Source: Candidatus Curtissbacteria bacterium (GTDB lineage Bacteria > Patescibacteriota > Microgenomatia > Curtissbacterales > GWA2-41-24). Taken from it: a DNA stretch of 64,000 nucleotides. The translations under genes were made by a program, and so were the position numbers. Where the stretch lies: NCBI GenBank assembly GCA_024654445.1, contig JANLHP010000013.1:26528-90527 (forward strand), read 5' to 3'. Positions 47,805 to 57,842 of the stretch are shown here, in pieces. The notes under the pieces are model-generated. The model ran no database searches, was not told where the DNA came from, and saw only the letters and a list, made by a program, of their open reading frames with translations. The first letter of the stretch is position 1, and each line of letters starts with the position of its first letter.

Positions 47805-48854
47805 ATGATATCGCGCCGGATTTTCATTATTATCACTATTGCCGTCGTCGGAGCCGCTGGAGCTCTCGTTATTATAAGGAGAGATGGGACGGAATTAGTT
47901 CGATCGATTTTGCCGGATGTTCCTGGAGCAGTTAATCCCACGCCAAGCCCCTTTCCTTTTCAGGAATTGACGATTCCGTATCTGAAAAGCAGAAAATATG
48001 ACAGTAATTTAGGAAGTCTGGAAAGGGTAAGTGAGAACGCAAACTATATTTCATATTTAACAAGTTATGAGTCTGATGGTCTAAGGATTAATGCTCAGTT
48101 AACGGAACCTAAGGGTCCAAGACCTGAGGGAGGTTGGCCAGCGGTTATCTTTATTCATGGCTACATTCCTCCAGGGCAGTATCAAACGCTCACGAATTAT
48201 TCATCTTACGTTGACTATCTTTCCAAAAACGGGCTTGCGGTTTTTAAGATAGATCTTAGGGGACACGCAAATTCGGAAGGAGAACCAGGTGGGGCCTATT
48301 ATTCTTCGGATTACGTAATTGATGCCCTGAACGCTTATTCTGCTTTGCAGAAAGCGCAGTTTGTTAATCCTGACAAAATTGGTTTGTGGGGACACAGTAT
48401 GGCGGGCAACGTGGTCTTTAGGAGTTTAGCCGCAAAACCGGAAATTCCGGCGGTCGTGATTTGGGCGGGTGCGGGATACACATATTCGGATATCCGGGAG
48501 TTCGGAATTGACGATGACAGTTACCGGCCTCCGCCAAGCGATACGGAGAGGCAAAGAAGAAGAAGGGAGCTATTTGATACTTACGGAGATTTTAACGCCG
48601 AGAGTTCTTTTTGGGAGCAGGTTGCACCGACCAATTATTTGGGGGAGATGAAAGGGGCTGTACAGCTTAACCACGCGACGAACGACAACGTTGTCAGTGT
48701 TCGATATAGCCGGAATCTGACAAATCTTCTTAAGGATGCCGGAGTTCGTCACGAATTGCACGAGTACGGTGGTGGTGGGCACAATTTTTCCGGTGCTTCA
48801 TTTAATGCTGCTATGCAGAATACAGTTACTTTTTTCCAAGAGAACCTTCGGTAA
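47805..48854 (+). CDS. membrane-anchored alpha/beta hydrolase, paralog B of 38000-39049
   Basis: Same architecture and clear sequence similarity to paralog A. Nucleophile elbow GHSMAGN. Confidence 0.75.
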   Translation: MISRRIFIIITIAVVGAAGALVIIRRDGTELVRSILPDVPGAVNPTPSPFPFQELTIPYLKSRKYDSNLGSLERVSENANYISYLTSYESDGLRINAQLTEPKGPRPEGGWPAVIFIHGYIPPGQYQTLTNYSSYVDYLSKNGLAVFKIDLRGHANSEGEPGGAYYSSDYVIDALNAYSALQKAQFVNPDKIGLWGHSMAGNVVFRSLAAKPEIPAVVIWAGAGYTYSDIREFGIDDDSYRPPPSDTERQRRRRELFDTYGDFNAESSFWEQVAPTNYLGEMKGAVQLNHATNDNVVSVRYSRNLTNLLKDAGVRHELHEYGGGGHNFSGASFNAAMQNTVTFFQENLR

Positions 48855-48993
48855 TCTCTTAATAATTTCTTACAAACCTCTAACCTCAATCTAAAAATTT
48901 TGATCTAGAATACGCACAATCGGTAATTGTGCTTTTGAATATTCTCACCTTGATTTTTTGGATCATCGGTCAGAGTAACTAAGCAAAAAGGAG

Positions 48994-49283
48994 GTGATAG
49001 ATAGTTGGTGGACATTAGTAATCATTATAGACATTACTTATGAACGATATTGGAAGGACGCTTATTATTTTTGGATTTTTAATCTCATAGGAATTTTGGT
49101 GAGTGTTTCAGGCAAAATCCCATTAATTGGCCGATTGCCTGGAGACATTATTATAAAAGGGAAGGTTTTACATTTTATTTTCCGTTAACAACCTCGCTAA
49201 TCCTCAGTATAGTTTGTCCCTCGTTCTTAGATTTTTTAATAGATAGATTACGTTCAGCATATGTTCGCAACACGCAGATATGA
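48994..49283 (+). pseudogene. DUF2905-like small membrane protein with an apparent frameshift at the A-run near 49160-49166
   Basis: Frame 0 gives ...GKIPLIGRLPGDIIIK then stops. The +2 frame continues with (E)GFTFYFPLTTSLILSIV..., matching the second conserved half of the family. Confidence 0.5.
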
Positions 49284-49780
49284 GTCGCGAATTTTTGGAA
49301 GTGATACGAGACGTAGAAGCACTTGCAAGTGAACCTCAAGGTTTTGGCTTTGAAGGGGAATGGAGTAGCCGTTTGCAGCCGGTTCTGGTGCAAAATCAGC
49401 CGGGTGAGAGGCTACACAGCCATAAAGAAAGGACAATGGCCATTCCTCGCAGGCCAACGCGCGGCCGGATTTATCATGCCGGTTCAGGCAACAGCGGCCA
49501 TTTTTGGAGAAAAAAAGTGGGAACTTTTTGCGATTGATACTGGATACCAACTCGTTGCAGTTCTTGCGATGGGTGTTGTTCTAGCTATCTTATGGCAGGT
49601 GAAGAGGGACATTGGTTTGCAAATGCTGATCCTAAAACACCGGGAAAAACAGGAGATCGAGCTTTCTTTATTGATGAAACAGGTGTGATCCGCGCGACAG
49701 AAGGCGGAGAAGCAACTCCTGGCAGTAAACCCCTCGAGAACTAAGTATCTTCTTTTTGTTAAACTATTTCTTATGAATTT

Positions 49781-50254
49781 ATGAACAAACAACTTAAGCA
49801 CGAGGTTACGCCTTTGGGAATGCTAAATAATGCAAAGGTTTGGTACGTTTTGTACAGACAGAACATTTATTTGGGGACCCATCACAAAATAATAGCTATA
49901 TACTGCTTGTTGATTAGCTTTGAAATGTTTCTCAAGTCTTACCTAATTTATTTAAATAAAATGGAGTATTCCTGCGATTCAAATTTAGAGAAGCTAGGAC
50001 ACAAATTTGGAAATATTGTTAAGGCTATTAAAAAAGAAAAAGATGCTAGATTATCACCTCGGATAGACAGTCTTATTAAGAAGTATGATCTTATGTCTAT
50101 AGATACAAATAATCTTAGATATCCAAGAAAAGGTGACGAATTTTTAATCCATGCGGGATATCTTAGCCCACATAATGAATTTGACGAGTTGTTAGATGCT
50201 ATTGGAGGAGAGGTTAGTGGAGGTATTGTTGATAAATTTTACGATGAAACTTAA
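49781..50254 (+). CDS. HEPN-domain protein (orphan, with no adjacent nucleotidyltransferase partner)
   Basis: Helix with FEMFLKSYL (cf. HEPN AxExxLKAxL) and the C-terminal motif NLRYPRKGDEF (HEPN-type SRYPD). 157 aa. Confidence 0.55.
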   Translation: MNKQLKHEVTPLGMLNNAKVWYVLYRQNIYLGTHHKIIAIYCLLISFEMFLKSYLIYLNKMEYSCDSNLEKLGHKFGNIVKAIKKEKDARLSPRIDSLIKKYDLMSIDTNNLRYPRKGDEFLIHAGYLSPHNEFDELLDAIGGEVSGGIVDKFYDET

Positions 50255-50287
50255 TCCATCATTTTTAATGAAGGGGAAAGTAAGAAT

Positions 50288-51496
50288 ATGAACCTATCTG
50301 TCGGTATTGTTGGACTACCCAACGTGGGGAAAAGCACGCTTTTTAATGCGCTTTTAAAGAAGCAGGTGGCTGACGCGCAGAATTATCCGTTTACGACGAT
50401 TGAACCAAACGTCGGCGTTGTTGAAGTTCCAGACCCACGTCTTTTCAAACTTGCAGACGTGGTAAAGAGCAGTGAGGGTTTAGCTCCGAATTTTAAGATA
50501 ATTCCAGCGGTTGTTAAGTTTGTAGATATTGCTGGTCTTGTTAAAGGTGCAGCAAGCGGCGAAGGATTAGGGAATCAATTTTTGTCGCATATTCGTGAGG
50601 TTGACGCGATTGTTTTTGTGTTGAGGGATTTTAGTGGAGAAGTTATTCGGGTGGGAAGTGAGAATCCCCAGGAAGATCTTGAGGTTCTAAAAACTGAACT
50701 TTTGATTAAGGATCTTGAGACTATTGATAAGCGAATTGATAGTTTAGGTAGGGAGTTGAAACCTCTTGGGCACCAAGATCCTAAGCATCAAGTTTTGGTG
50801 ACGATGCAAAAAGCGAAACAACTTGCTGAAGAGGGGAAGTGGCTGGGAGAAAATATGGACGAGGAAGAACTGGCGAAAATCCGTGAATTGCAGCTGCTTT
50901 CGACGAAGAAAACAATTGTTGTATTAAACACAGATGAGGGTAATCTCTCTGTTATTGCGAGTGAATCGAAGCAATCTCCAGATTCTGGATATACAGTGCC
51001 ATACGGTCCTCGTCCCTCGAGGACTCAGGACTCCGGGCCTAAAAGCCAGGATGACAAAAAAGAGATTGCCGCGGGCTCTTCGAGCCCTCGCAATGACAAT
51101 TATGTAAGGATAAGCGCGAAACTAGAACAGGAACTTTCGGACCTTGATGAGGAAGAGCAGGGAGAATACCTAAAAGAGCTTGGGATTGGCGAACCCGGAT
51201 TAAATCGTTTAATTAAAAATGCGTATGAAACTTTGGGGCTTATTACTTTTTTTACTGCCGGGCCAAAAGAAGTGCATGCGTGGACGACAAATAAAGGCGT
51301 ACTTGCACCGCAAGCTGCAGGAGTAATTCATACGGATTTTGAAAAAGGATTTATTGCTGCAGAAGTTATAGATTGGGAAACTTTAGTTGATGTGGGTGGA
51401 TGGCAGGCGGCAAAAGGGAAGGGACAAGTTAAGACTATCGGAAAGACAGAAGAAGTAAAGGATGGAATGGTTGTGGAGTTCAGGTTCAGTAACTAA
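50288..51496 (+). CDS. ychF: ribosome-binding ATPase YchF (Obg-family GTPase) carrying a 49-aa internal insertion
   Basis: G1 [17 protein letters not shown] domain at the C-terminus. 402 aa, versus about 363 for canonical YchF. Confidence 0.9.
   Translation: MNLSVGIVGLPNVGKSTLFNALLKKQVADAQNYPFTTIEPNVGVVEVPDPRLFKLADVVKSSEGLAPNFKIIPAVVKFVDIAGLVKGAASGEGLGNQFLSHIREVDAIVFVLRDFSGEVIRVGSENPQEDLEVLKTELLIKDLETIDKRIDSLGRELKPLGHQDPKHQVLVTMQKAKQLAEEGKWLGENMDEEELAKIRELQLLSTKKTIVVLNTDEGNLSVIASESKQSPDSGYTVPYGPRPSRTQDSGPKSQDDKKEIAAGSSSPRNDNYVRISAKLEQELSDLDEEEQGEYLKELGIGEPGLNRLIKNAYETLGLITFFTAGPKEVHAWTTNKGVLAPQAAGVIHTDFEKGFIAAEVIDWETLVDVGGWQAAKGKGQVKTIGKTEEVKDGMVVEFRFSN
50951..51097. repeat. composite structured repeat inserted in frame (147 bp) within ychF: R1-type outer/inner inverted repeats enclosing an R3-type module
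   Basis: GTTATTGCGAG...GCAATCT...[CAGTGCCATACGGTCCTCGTCCCTCGAGGAC...]...AGATTGC...CTCGCAATGAC. Compare copy R1 at 3059-3137 and copy R3 at 39099-39167. Confidence 0.6.
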
Positions 51497-51876
51497 TATG
51501 CAATATTGCCGCTGTTGAATACACGGAGAGCTTTACCGTCTCGATTTTGGAAACGGGTAACGTAGGAGCCGTCTTCTTGGCGTTGGTAAGCAAACGAAGT
51601 TACATTGAGAAAAGGTCTTAATTCCCCTGTGCGAGAATTTTTGCCGGAAACTGTAAGCCTGATAGTACCTGTCTCTTCTTGAGAAGGTGGTTTGGAAACT
51701 TCGAAAGTGTAGAGTCCTTTGCCTGTAAAAAGATACCTTCCTTCCAACATTTTTCCTTGCCATGCGGGTAAGAGTCGTTGGAGTTCTGCCGGGTCGAACT
51801 CGCTAAGGTCCATCGTGGTAGATTTTTTATCCTCTGTGGTGGTAGCGCCCTTTATTTCTGCTTGTTCCGTTGTCAT
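51493..51876 (-). CDS. hypothetical protein
   Basis: 127-aa ORF with no recognisable motif. Confidence 0.4.
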   Translation of the reverse strand: MTTEQAEIKGATTTEDKKSTTMDLSEFDPAELQRLLPAWQGKMLEGRYLFTGKGLYTFEVSKPPSQEETGTIRLTVSGKNSRTGELRPFLNVTSFAYQRQEDGSYVTRFQNRDGKALRVFNSGNIAY

Positions 51877-52001
51877 TGAAGGAATTTATATCATTTCAGA
51901 CCTTGCCAATCAACTATCGAGGTTGAAGTTGAGGCTTATGTCTGATATCATTTCCCATACAGTTTTGCAGCCTCGAGCTGCATTTTAGTACTAATGTAAA
52001 T

Positions 52002-52475
52002 ATGGCATACGAGTTAATGGTGATTGGAAGCAGTTCCGCAGATGTCGACTCTCTTTTCAAAAAAGTTGAGGGGTTGGTTAAAGGTGTAAATGCAACCGAA
52101 ATTGTTTCGCAAAAATTGGGCAAAAAGCCTTTAGCGTATCCAATCAAAAGACAAACAGAGGCAGAATATTTTCTTTTCAATTTCGAGGTAGAAGGTGAAG
52201 CTGTTACTTCTATTTCCGAATCCTTAAGGCTTGAGCAGGAAGACGTTTTGCGTTACGTTATACTTAAGACAAAGGTAAAACCGGCTGATGCAAAAGGCGC
52301 AAAACTTGCAGTTGTTTCTGGTGGTGAAGCAATAGAGCCTCCAAAGAAAACCGAAAAGGTTAAGGTAGAAGTTAAAGCAAAGGAAGTAAAAGTATTACAA
52401 GTACCACAAGTATTAAAGGTAAAAGAGACGAGCACTAATTCGTCAGTGAAAACTGTGAAAGGAAAGAGTAAATAA
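52002..52475 (+). CDS. rpsF: 30S ribosomal protein S6 (with a Lys/Val-rich C-terminal extension)
   Basis: YELMVIG...LGKKPLAYPIK. Conserved rpsF-ssb-rpsR order. Confidence 0.85.
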   Translation: MAYELMVIGSSSADVDSLFKKVEGLVKGVNATEIVSQKLGKKPLAYPIKRQTEAEYFLFNFEVEGEAVTSISESLRLEQEDVLRYVILKTKVKPADAKGAKLAVVSGGEAIEPPKKTEKVKVEVKAKEVKVLQVPQVLKVKETSTNSSVKTVKGKSK

Positions 52476-52478
52476 CCA

Positions 52479-53003
52479 GTGGGTAGCCGAGCTTCTCTAA
52501 ACAAAGTTTTATTGATAGGAAATCTGACAAGAGATCCGGAATTAAGGTATACGCCTTCGGGTGCTGCCGTTTGTTCTTTTGGAATTGCCACGAATAGGTT
52601 TTATGTTGCTGCCGATGGTACCAAAAAGGAAGAAGCAGAATTTATAAAAATAGTTTCCTGGAATAAACTTGCAGAACTTTGTTCTCAACTTCTTTCTAAA
52701 GGTAGAAAAGTCTACGTTGAGGGAAGACTGCAAACTAGAAGTTGGGAAACGCCAGACGGGCAAAATCGCCAAACGACAGAAGTAGTTATTGACGACATGA
52801 GAATTTTAGATTCGAGACGTGATGGCGAAGGTGGAGATTATGCAGATGTTGGGGCATCAGCTCCTTCAGCCGGACCCGAAACGGCGGCAGCAGCCCCGAG
52901 CGTTGAGGAACCGAAAAGTAATAAAAGCGAGGATAAGCCAAAAGCGCAGAAAAAGGAAGCAGCAGCCGAAGACGAAGTAGATCTCGATGATCTCCCGTTT
53001 TAG
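52479..53003 (+). CDS. ssb: single-stranded DNA-binding protein
   Basis: OB-fold N-terminus LNKVLLIGNLTRDPELRYTPSG. Acidic tail ending DLDDLPF. Confidence 0.9.
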   Translation: MGSRASLNKVLLIGNLTRDPELRYTPSGAAVCSFGIATNRFYVAADGTKKEEAEFIKIVSWNKLAELCSQLLSKGRKVYVEGRLQTRSWETPDGQNRQTTEVVIDDMRILDSRRDGEGGDYADVGASAPSAGPETAAAAPSVEEPKSNKSEDKPKAQKKEAAAEDEVDLDDLPF

Positions 53004-53132
53004 AAGTTATAAGTTATAAGTCACAAGTTATAAATAATAATGCAAAAATTTAAATCAGTAGATCAATAAATTGCTCTCTGATATAAATCTTTTTTAAAAC
53101 AAAATTTATTATAATTGGATTAAGGTAGTTTT

Positions 53133-53360
53133 ATGCAAAAATTTATTAAGAAACAAAGAAAAGCTAAAAATTGTCCGCTTTGCGCGACAAATACGACCAT
53201 CGATTATAAAGATGGTGTTTTACTGAGGCGTTTTATTTCTGAAAGAGGTAAAATTCAAGGTAGGGCTAGAACCGGAGTTTGTGCTAAGCACCAGAGACAA
53301 GTTACAAGGGGAGTTAAGCTAGCAAGACACATGGCAATCTTGCCGTTTGTTCAATCTTAA
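53133..53360 (+). CDS. rpsR: 30S ribosomal protein S18
   Basis: [35 protein letters not shown]. Confidence 0.9.
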   Translation: MQKFIKKQRKAKNCPLCATNTTIDYKDGVLLRRFISERGKIQGRARTGVCAKHQRQVTRGVKLARHMAILPFVQS

Positions 53361-53371
53361 AGATTAAATTC

Positions 53372-54628
53372 ATGCCCATAATAACACCAGGCAACATTCT
53401 TCCCAACCAAAATAAAGGTTCGGGTATTATTTCCTTTATCGCTCAGTTTGCAGTCGTCGCAATTATCTTTTTTGGAATCGGTTTTATTGCCGGCCAAAAG
53501 AAGATAGAAATCACCAACAGAAACTTCGTTCCTCATATAACTGTCCAAAATAAATTACCGCCCAAAGAACAAACTGTAGATTTCTCTCTTTTCTGGCAAG
53601 TCTTTGAAACTTTACCGGAAACATATCTCGATAAGAGCGCAATAGACGCGCAAAAAATGGTAAATGGCGCAATCGCCGGAATGGTAAGGTCTCTTGGTGA
53701 TCCTTACACTGTCTTTTTGGATCCAAAACAAAATGAGGCAATAAGAAGTGAGTTGTCTGGAACTTACGAGGGTGTTGGAATTCAACTTGGGTTTAATAAA
53801 GAAAAAAGGCTTGCGGTTATTGCTCCTCTTTCGCAAACTCCTGCAGAGCGTGCTGGGGTTTTACCGCAAGATTTGATTTTGAAAATTGGGGACAGAGAGA
53901 CGTTTGATGTGACGCTTCCGGAGGCTGTCGATTTAATTCGCGGACCCGCTGGAACGAAGATTAAGCTTCAAATTGCAAGAGAAGGGCAGACTGAACCTAT
54001 CGAGCTTGAGATGCAAAGAGAAAAAATCACAGTCAAAAGTGTAGAAGTTAATTTTAGAGACTTTGAAGGTAAAAAAGTTGCAATTCTTAAAGTATCACGG
54101 TTTGGTGAAACGACAGACAGCGAGTGGGACGAAGCGGTAAATAGGGTACAACTCGAAGGTGCAAAGGCTGTTGTTGTTGACATGAGAAATAACCCAGGCG
54201 GATTGCTTTCGTCTTCAGTACATCTTGCTTCGGAATTTGTGGGCGGCGTAATTGTTAAACAGCAATTTTCGGATGGAAGTGTAAGAAACTTGGACGAGGA
54301 TCATAACGGGGAACTTTTGAATATTCCTCTGGCGGTTCTAGTAAATGGTGGTTCGGCTTCGGCTGCCGAAATTTTTGCGGGAGCAATTCAAGACAAAAAT
54401 AGAGGGCAAATTGTAGGGGAGAAGACATTCGGCAAGGGAACAGTCCAGGACGCTTTAGAACTGCCTGGGAATGCTGGACTTCACGTTACCATCGCAAAGT
54501 GGCTTACACCAAAAGGAAATTCGATCCACAATGAAGGCATTACCCCGGATGTTACAATAGAGCCACCTCAGGGCCAAATGGGCCAAAGAGACGACCCCCA
54601 ACTTAATAAGGCACTCGAGGAATTGTAG
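53372..54628 (+). CDS. ctpA: carboxyl-terminal processing protease (S41 family) with PDZ domain
   Basis: N-terminal TM, PDZ domain, catalytic region GGSASAAEIFAGAIQD. Confidence 0.85.
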   Translation: MPIITPGNILPNQNKGSGIISFIAQFAVVAIIFFGIGFIAGQKKIEITNRNFVPHITVQNKLPPKEQTVDFSLFWQVFETLPETYLDKSAIDAQKMVNGAIAGMVRSLGDPYTVFLDPKQNEAIRSELSGTYEGVGIQLGFNKEKRLAVIAPLSQTPAERAGVLPQDLILKIGDRETFDVTLPEAVDLIRGPAGTKIKLQIAREGQTEPIELEMQREKITVKSVEVNFRDFEGKKVAILKVSRFGETTDSEWDEAVNRVQLEGAKAVVVDMRNNPGGLLSSSVHLASEFVGGVIVKQQFSDGSVRNLDEDHNGELLNIPLAVLVNGGSASAAEIFAGAIQDKNRGQIVGEKTFGKGTVQDALELPGNAGLHVTIAKWLTPKGNSIHNEGITPDVTIEPPQGQMGQRDDPQLNKALEEL

Positions 54629-54749
54629 AATAAAGTGCCTTGCGATAAGCAGAGCTTGCGATCCTCATTCTGCAATAGCAGAATTGCGGTTCTAAGTTCC
54701 ACACTATCGTGTGTATAACTATCTAAAGGCTCTTGAAGTTTTAAAATAA

Positions 54750-55865
54750 ATGTTTGACAGATTAAAGTTAAAAAACTTAACGGCTTTTCTGGTTATTGGT
54801 GCATTATGGGTACTGACTATCGTTGCGGCGCTCAGAGTTTTTGACGGCAACCTTGCCAACTTAAATATAGGCAATGGAAAACTCTCCCAAACCCAAAGAT
54901 TGGTCGAGGAGGAATCTGTTGTTATCGACGTTGTAGAAAAGGCTTCTCCGTCTGTTGTTTCAATTGCCATCGAGAATAGGCAACTCTTTACTCCATTTGG
55001 GGCGCGAGGCGAGAAAGAATCCGGAATAGGAACAGGCTTTGTTATTTCCAGCGACGGCTTAATTCTTACCAATCAACATGTTGTTTCTTTGGAGAATGAA
55101 AAATATATAGTCATTGTTACCAACGAGAAGGGTGACGAAAGAAAGCTTGAAGTAAAAGAAATTCACAAAGATCCGTTCAATGACCTTGCCATTATTAAAG
55201 TAGACGCAAATGATCTGGCGCCAATAGAGCTCGGAGACTCTGATCAAATCAAAGTTGGCCAAAAAGTCATTGCTATTGGAAATGCGCTGGGCATGCTTCA
55301 GAATACGGTTACAACAGGTGTTGTCTCGGGTCTTGGTCGTGGAGTCTCGCCCGTTGATCCAACGACGGGGATTGCAGAAAGACTTGAGGACCTGGTGCAA
55401 ACAGATGCTGCAATTAACCCAGGCAATTCGGGCGGGCCGCTTGTTAATTCTGCCGGCCAAGTTATTGCCATTAACACAGCTGTTGCTTCCGGTGAAAATA
55501 TCGGTTTTGCAATTAAGATTAATATCGCAAAACAGTTAATTGAAGATTTCAATAGATCGGGGGGCAGAATATCGAGACCTCTTCTTGGAATTCGTTATAC
55601 ACACGTTTCTCGCGACGTCGCAATTTTAAACGAGGTTCCTGAAGGTGAGCTGGTGCAAGAAGTTGTAAGTGGGTCGGCTGCAGCTGATGCTGGAATAAGA
55701 GTAGGGGACATTATCACTCATTTTGACGGGCAAAGACTTTCGGAAGAAACGAGACTTGCCCAAATTATCAGAGGTAAAAAAGTTGGAGAGAGTGTGAGTA
55801 TTCGAGTTTTTCGAGACGGGCAAACGATTGATCTGACGGCAACTTTAAAAGAAGCTTCGCAGTAA
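54750..55865 (+). CDS. htrA: HtrA/DegP-family serine protease with PDZ domain
   Basis: N-terminal TM. Catalytic triad context H (TNQHV), D, GNSGGPLVN. C-terminal PDZ domain. Confidence 0.9.
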   Translation: MFDRLKLKNLTAFLVIGALWVLTIVAALRVFDGNLANLNIGNGKLSQTQRLVEEESVVIDVVEKASPSVVSIAIENRQLFTPFGARGEKESGIGTGFVISSDGLILTNQHVVSLENEKYIVIVTNEKGDERKLEVKEIHKDPFNDLAIIKVDANDLAPIELGDSDQIKVGQKVIAIGNALGMLQNTVTTGVVSGLGRGVSPVDPTTGIAERLEDLVQTDAAINPGNSGGPLVNSAGQVIAINTAVASGENIGFAIKINIAKQLIEDFNRSGGRISRPLLGIRYTHVSRDVAILNEVPEGELVQEVVSGSAAADAGIRVGDIITHFDGQRLSEETRLAQIIRGKKVGESVSIRVFRDGQTIDLTATLKEASQ

Positions 55866-55870
55866 ACTTT

Positions 55871-56356
55871 TTAAATTATTCTTTCTAAGACTTCCTTAAA
55901 AAACCTGCCAATTACAAAGTAAATATTGGCCCAGATAAATGCGGCGATTGCCGTGTAGAGCCAGAACACCCTGTATGTTACTCCGAAAGTGCCAGCGACA
56001 ATTGGTGTTACAATCCTGAGTCCCGGGATAAGTCTGCCTATAACTATTGCTACTCCACCTCTTTTTTCAAACCATTTTTCTATCCGCTCAATTTTATTGG
56101 GAGTTATTTTTGTGTACTTGCTAAATTTTAGCAAAATCATATGACCAAAACGTCTTGCGAGGGTAAACAATATCGTTGAGCCACAGATGGTTGCGGCTAC
56201 AGTTGTTGCGATAATGAACAGGTAGTTGGAAGATGGGAGAGCTGCGGTTGTCGCGATGAAAATATCACCAGGGATTGGAAGAGGAATGCCTCCTTCTTCT
56301 AGAAAAAGGATAACGAAGAGGCCCAAATAGGAATAGCTTTCTAAAAAATTTAGCAC
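55871..56356 (-). CDS. DedA/VTT-domain membrane protein
   Basis: FLEEGGIPLPIPGDIF ... RLIPGLRIVTPIVAG. Confidence 0.75.
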   Translation of the reverse strand: MLNFLESYSYLGLFVILFLEEGGIPLPIPGDIFIATTAALPSSNYLFIIATTVAATICGSTILFTLARRFGHMILLKFSKYTKITPNKIERIEKWFEKRGGVAIVIGRLIPGLRIVTPIVAGTFGVTYRVFWLYTAIAAFIWANIYFVIGRFFKEVLERII

Positions 56357-56544
56357 TTGTCGGTTAAATTATATTACCAAATAATTTAGTCTCGTGCTTT
56401 TTCAAGATCTTCTATGACGCGGTCAAACTTAACATTAACAATTTCTTCAAGATTATGCCCCACCAAACCTTACTTCAATCCTTTTTTGATACTATTCGTA
56501 TACGGATTGAAGAGCAGTTAAGGTGGGTAGGCAAGATTTATTTG

Positions 56545-57456
56545 TTAAGCTTCCTGACTGCTTTCTAAATCCGACACTATTTTATTGAGGTTTCCGTCTA
56601 AAATGGACTGAAGGTTTCCCCATGACTTTTTAATCCGATGGTCTGTGATGCGATCTTGGGGAAAATTGTAGGTTCTTATTTTTTCACTCCTGTCGCCACT
56701 GCCAAGCTGTAGTGCTCTCTCTGAGCTTGCACTCGCCGCCTTCTTTTCTTCTTCCATCGCAAAAAGTCTGGCTCTTAAAATTTGCATTGCAATTTCCCGG
56801 TTTTGACCCTGAACTCGTTCTGTCGAGGCTTTAACAACTAGACCAGTTGGTTTATGTTTGATCCTGACCGCGGTCGAAACCTTGTTGACGTTTTGTCCTC
56901 CATGGCCACCAGAACGGAAAGCTTCAAATTCGATGTCAGTTGGGTTGATGACAACTTCTGTCGGGCTTACTTCTGGGAGGATAGCAACGGTTGCGGTTGA
57001 CGTATGGATTCTGCCGGAGCTTTCGGTTTTAGGAACACGTTGGACCCTGTGAACTCCGGATTCCCACTTAAGTTTATCCCAAGCACCACGCCCGATAATT
57101 TTGGCTGTTACTTCTTTTAAGTTTCCAATGCCGCCTTCACTTTTATCGAGTTCTTCAATTTTCCAGTTTTGAGATTGGGCGTATCTTTGGTACATTCTGT
57201 AAAGGTCGCCTGCGAAAAGTCCTGCCTCGTCTCCGCCTGCTGCTGATCTAACTTCCAAGATTACGGAATTGCCACCAACTGGCGAGTCTTGATCCGAACT
57301 CTGATTAAGTGAGCGTTCAAGGTCTGACTTTTGTGCTTTTAGATCTGCAATTTCTTGTTTTGCTAATTCTTCCATAGACGGATCGTCCAAGAGCTTTTGG
57401 GCCTCGGCAATTTTTGCGTCTATTTCTGAGATTTGATTTTTAAGATAATCGCTCAT
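56545..57456 (-). CDS. prfA: peptide chain release factor 1 (short N-terminus)
   Basis: GGQ motif ([12 protein letters not shown]) and RF1-type tripeptide region VPKTES (PxT). Confidence 0.85.
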   Translation of the reverse strand: MSDYLKNQISEIDAKIAEAQKLLDDPSMEELAKQEIADLKAQKSDLERSLNQSSDQDSPVGGNSVILEVRSAAGGDEAGLFAGDLYRMYQRYAQSQNWKIEELDKSEGGIGNLKEVTAKIIGRGAWDKLKWESGVHRVQRVPKTESSGRIHTSTATVAILPEVSPTEVVINPTDIEFEAFRSGGHGGQNVNKVSTAVRIKHKPTGLVVKASTERVQGQNREIAMQILRARLFAMEEEKKAASASSERALQLGSGDRSEKIRTYNFPQDRITDHRIKKSWGNLQSILDGNLNKIVSDLESSQEA

Positions 57457-57500
57457 ACTGATAGTTTAATAGAGATTATAGTTGTGGAGTAAAGGGTAAT

Positions 57501-57812
57501 CTAAGAAGAGGCTTGCTTTTTGGCAAGCTCTAACATTTCACGAAGCGATTCTGGACGTTTTTGTTCCTGTCTTTTCGCAACGATTGTTTGCTTTTGAGCT
57601 TGAACTTCTTTTGCCTTTTGTCTGGATTTTTCGAATTTTTCTACTTTACCTAATGTGTCCACGTACTTCATTTCACCCGTAAAGAATGGGTGACACTTGC
57701 TGCAAACTTCGACACGTATTTCGGGCACAGTCGCGCCCGTTGTAAACGTATTTCCGCAGACGCATGTTACTTTGGCGTCGTCGTAATATTGGGGATGTAT
57801 TCCTTGTTTCAT
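57501..57812 (-). CDS. rpmE: 50S ribosomal protein L31 (with C-terminal basic extension)
   Basis: [10 protein letters not shown]...CVCGNTF...[10 protein letters not shown]. Confidence 0.85.
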   Translation of the reverse strand: MKQGIHPQYYDDAKVTCVCGNTFTTGATVPEIRVEVCSKCHPFFTGEMKYVDTLGKVEKFEKSRQKAKEVQAQKQTIVAKRQEQKRPESLREMLELAKKQASS

Positions 57813-57842
57813 TGCTCGAGTATTTTAGCATTTTAGCCTTGT

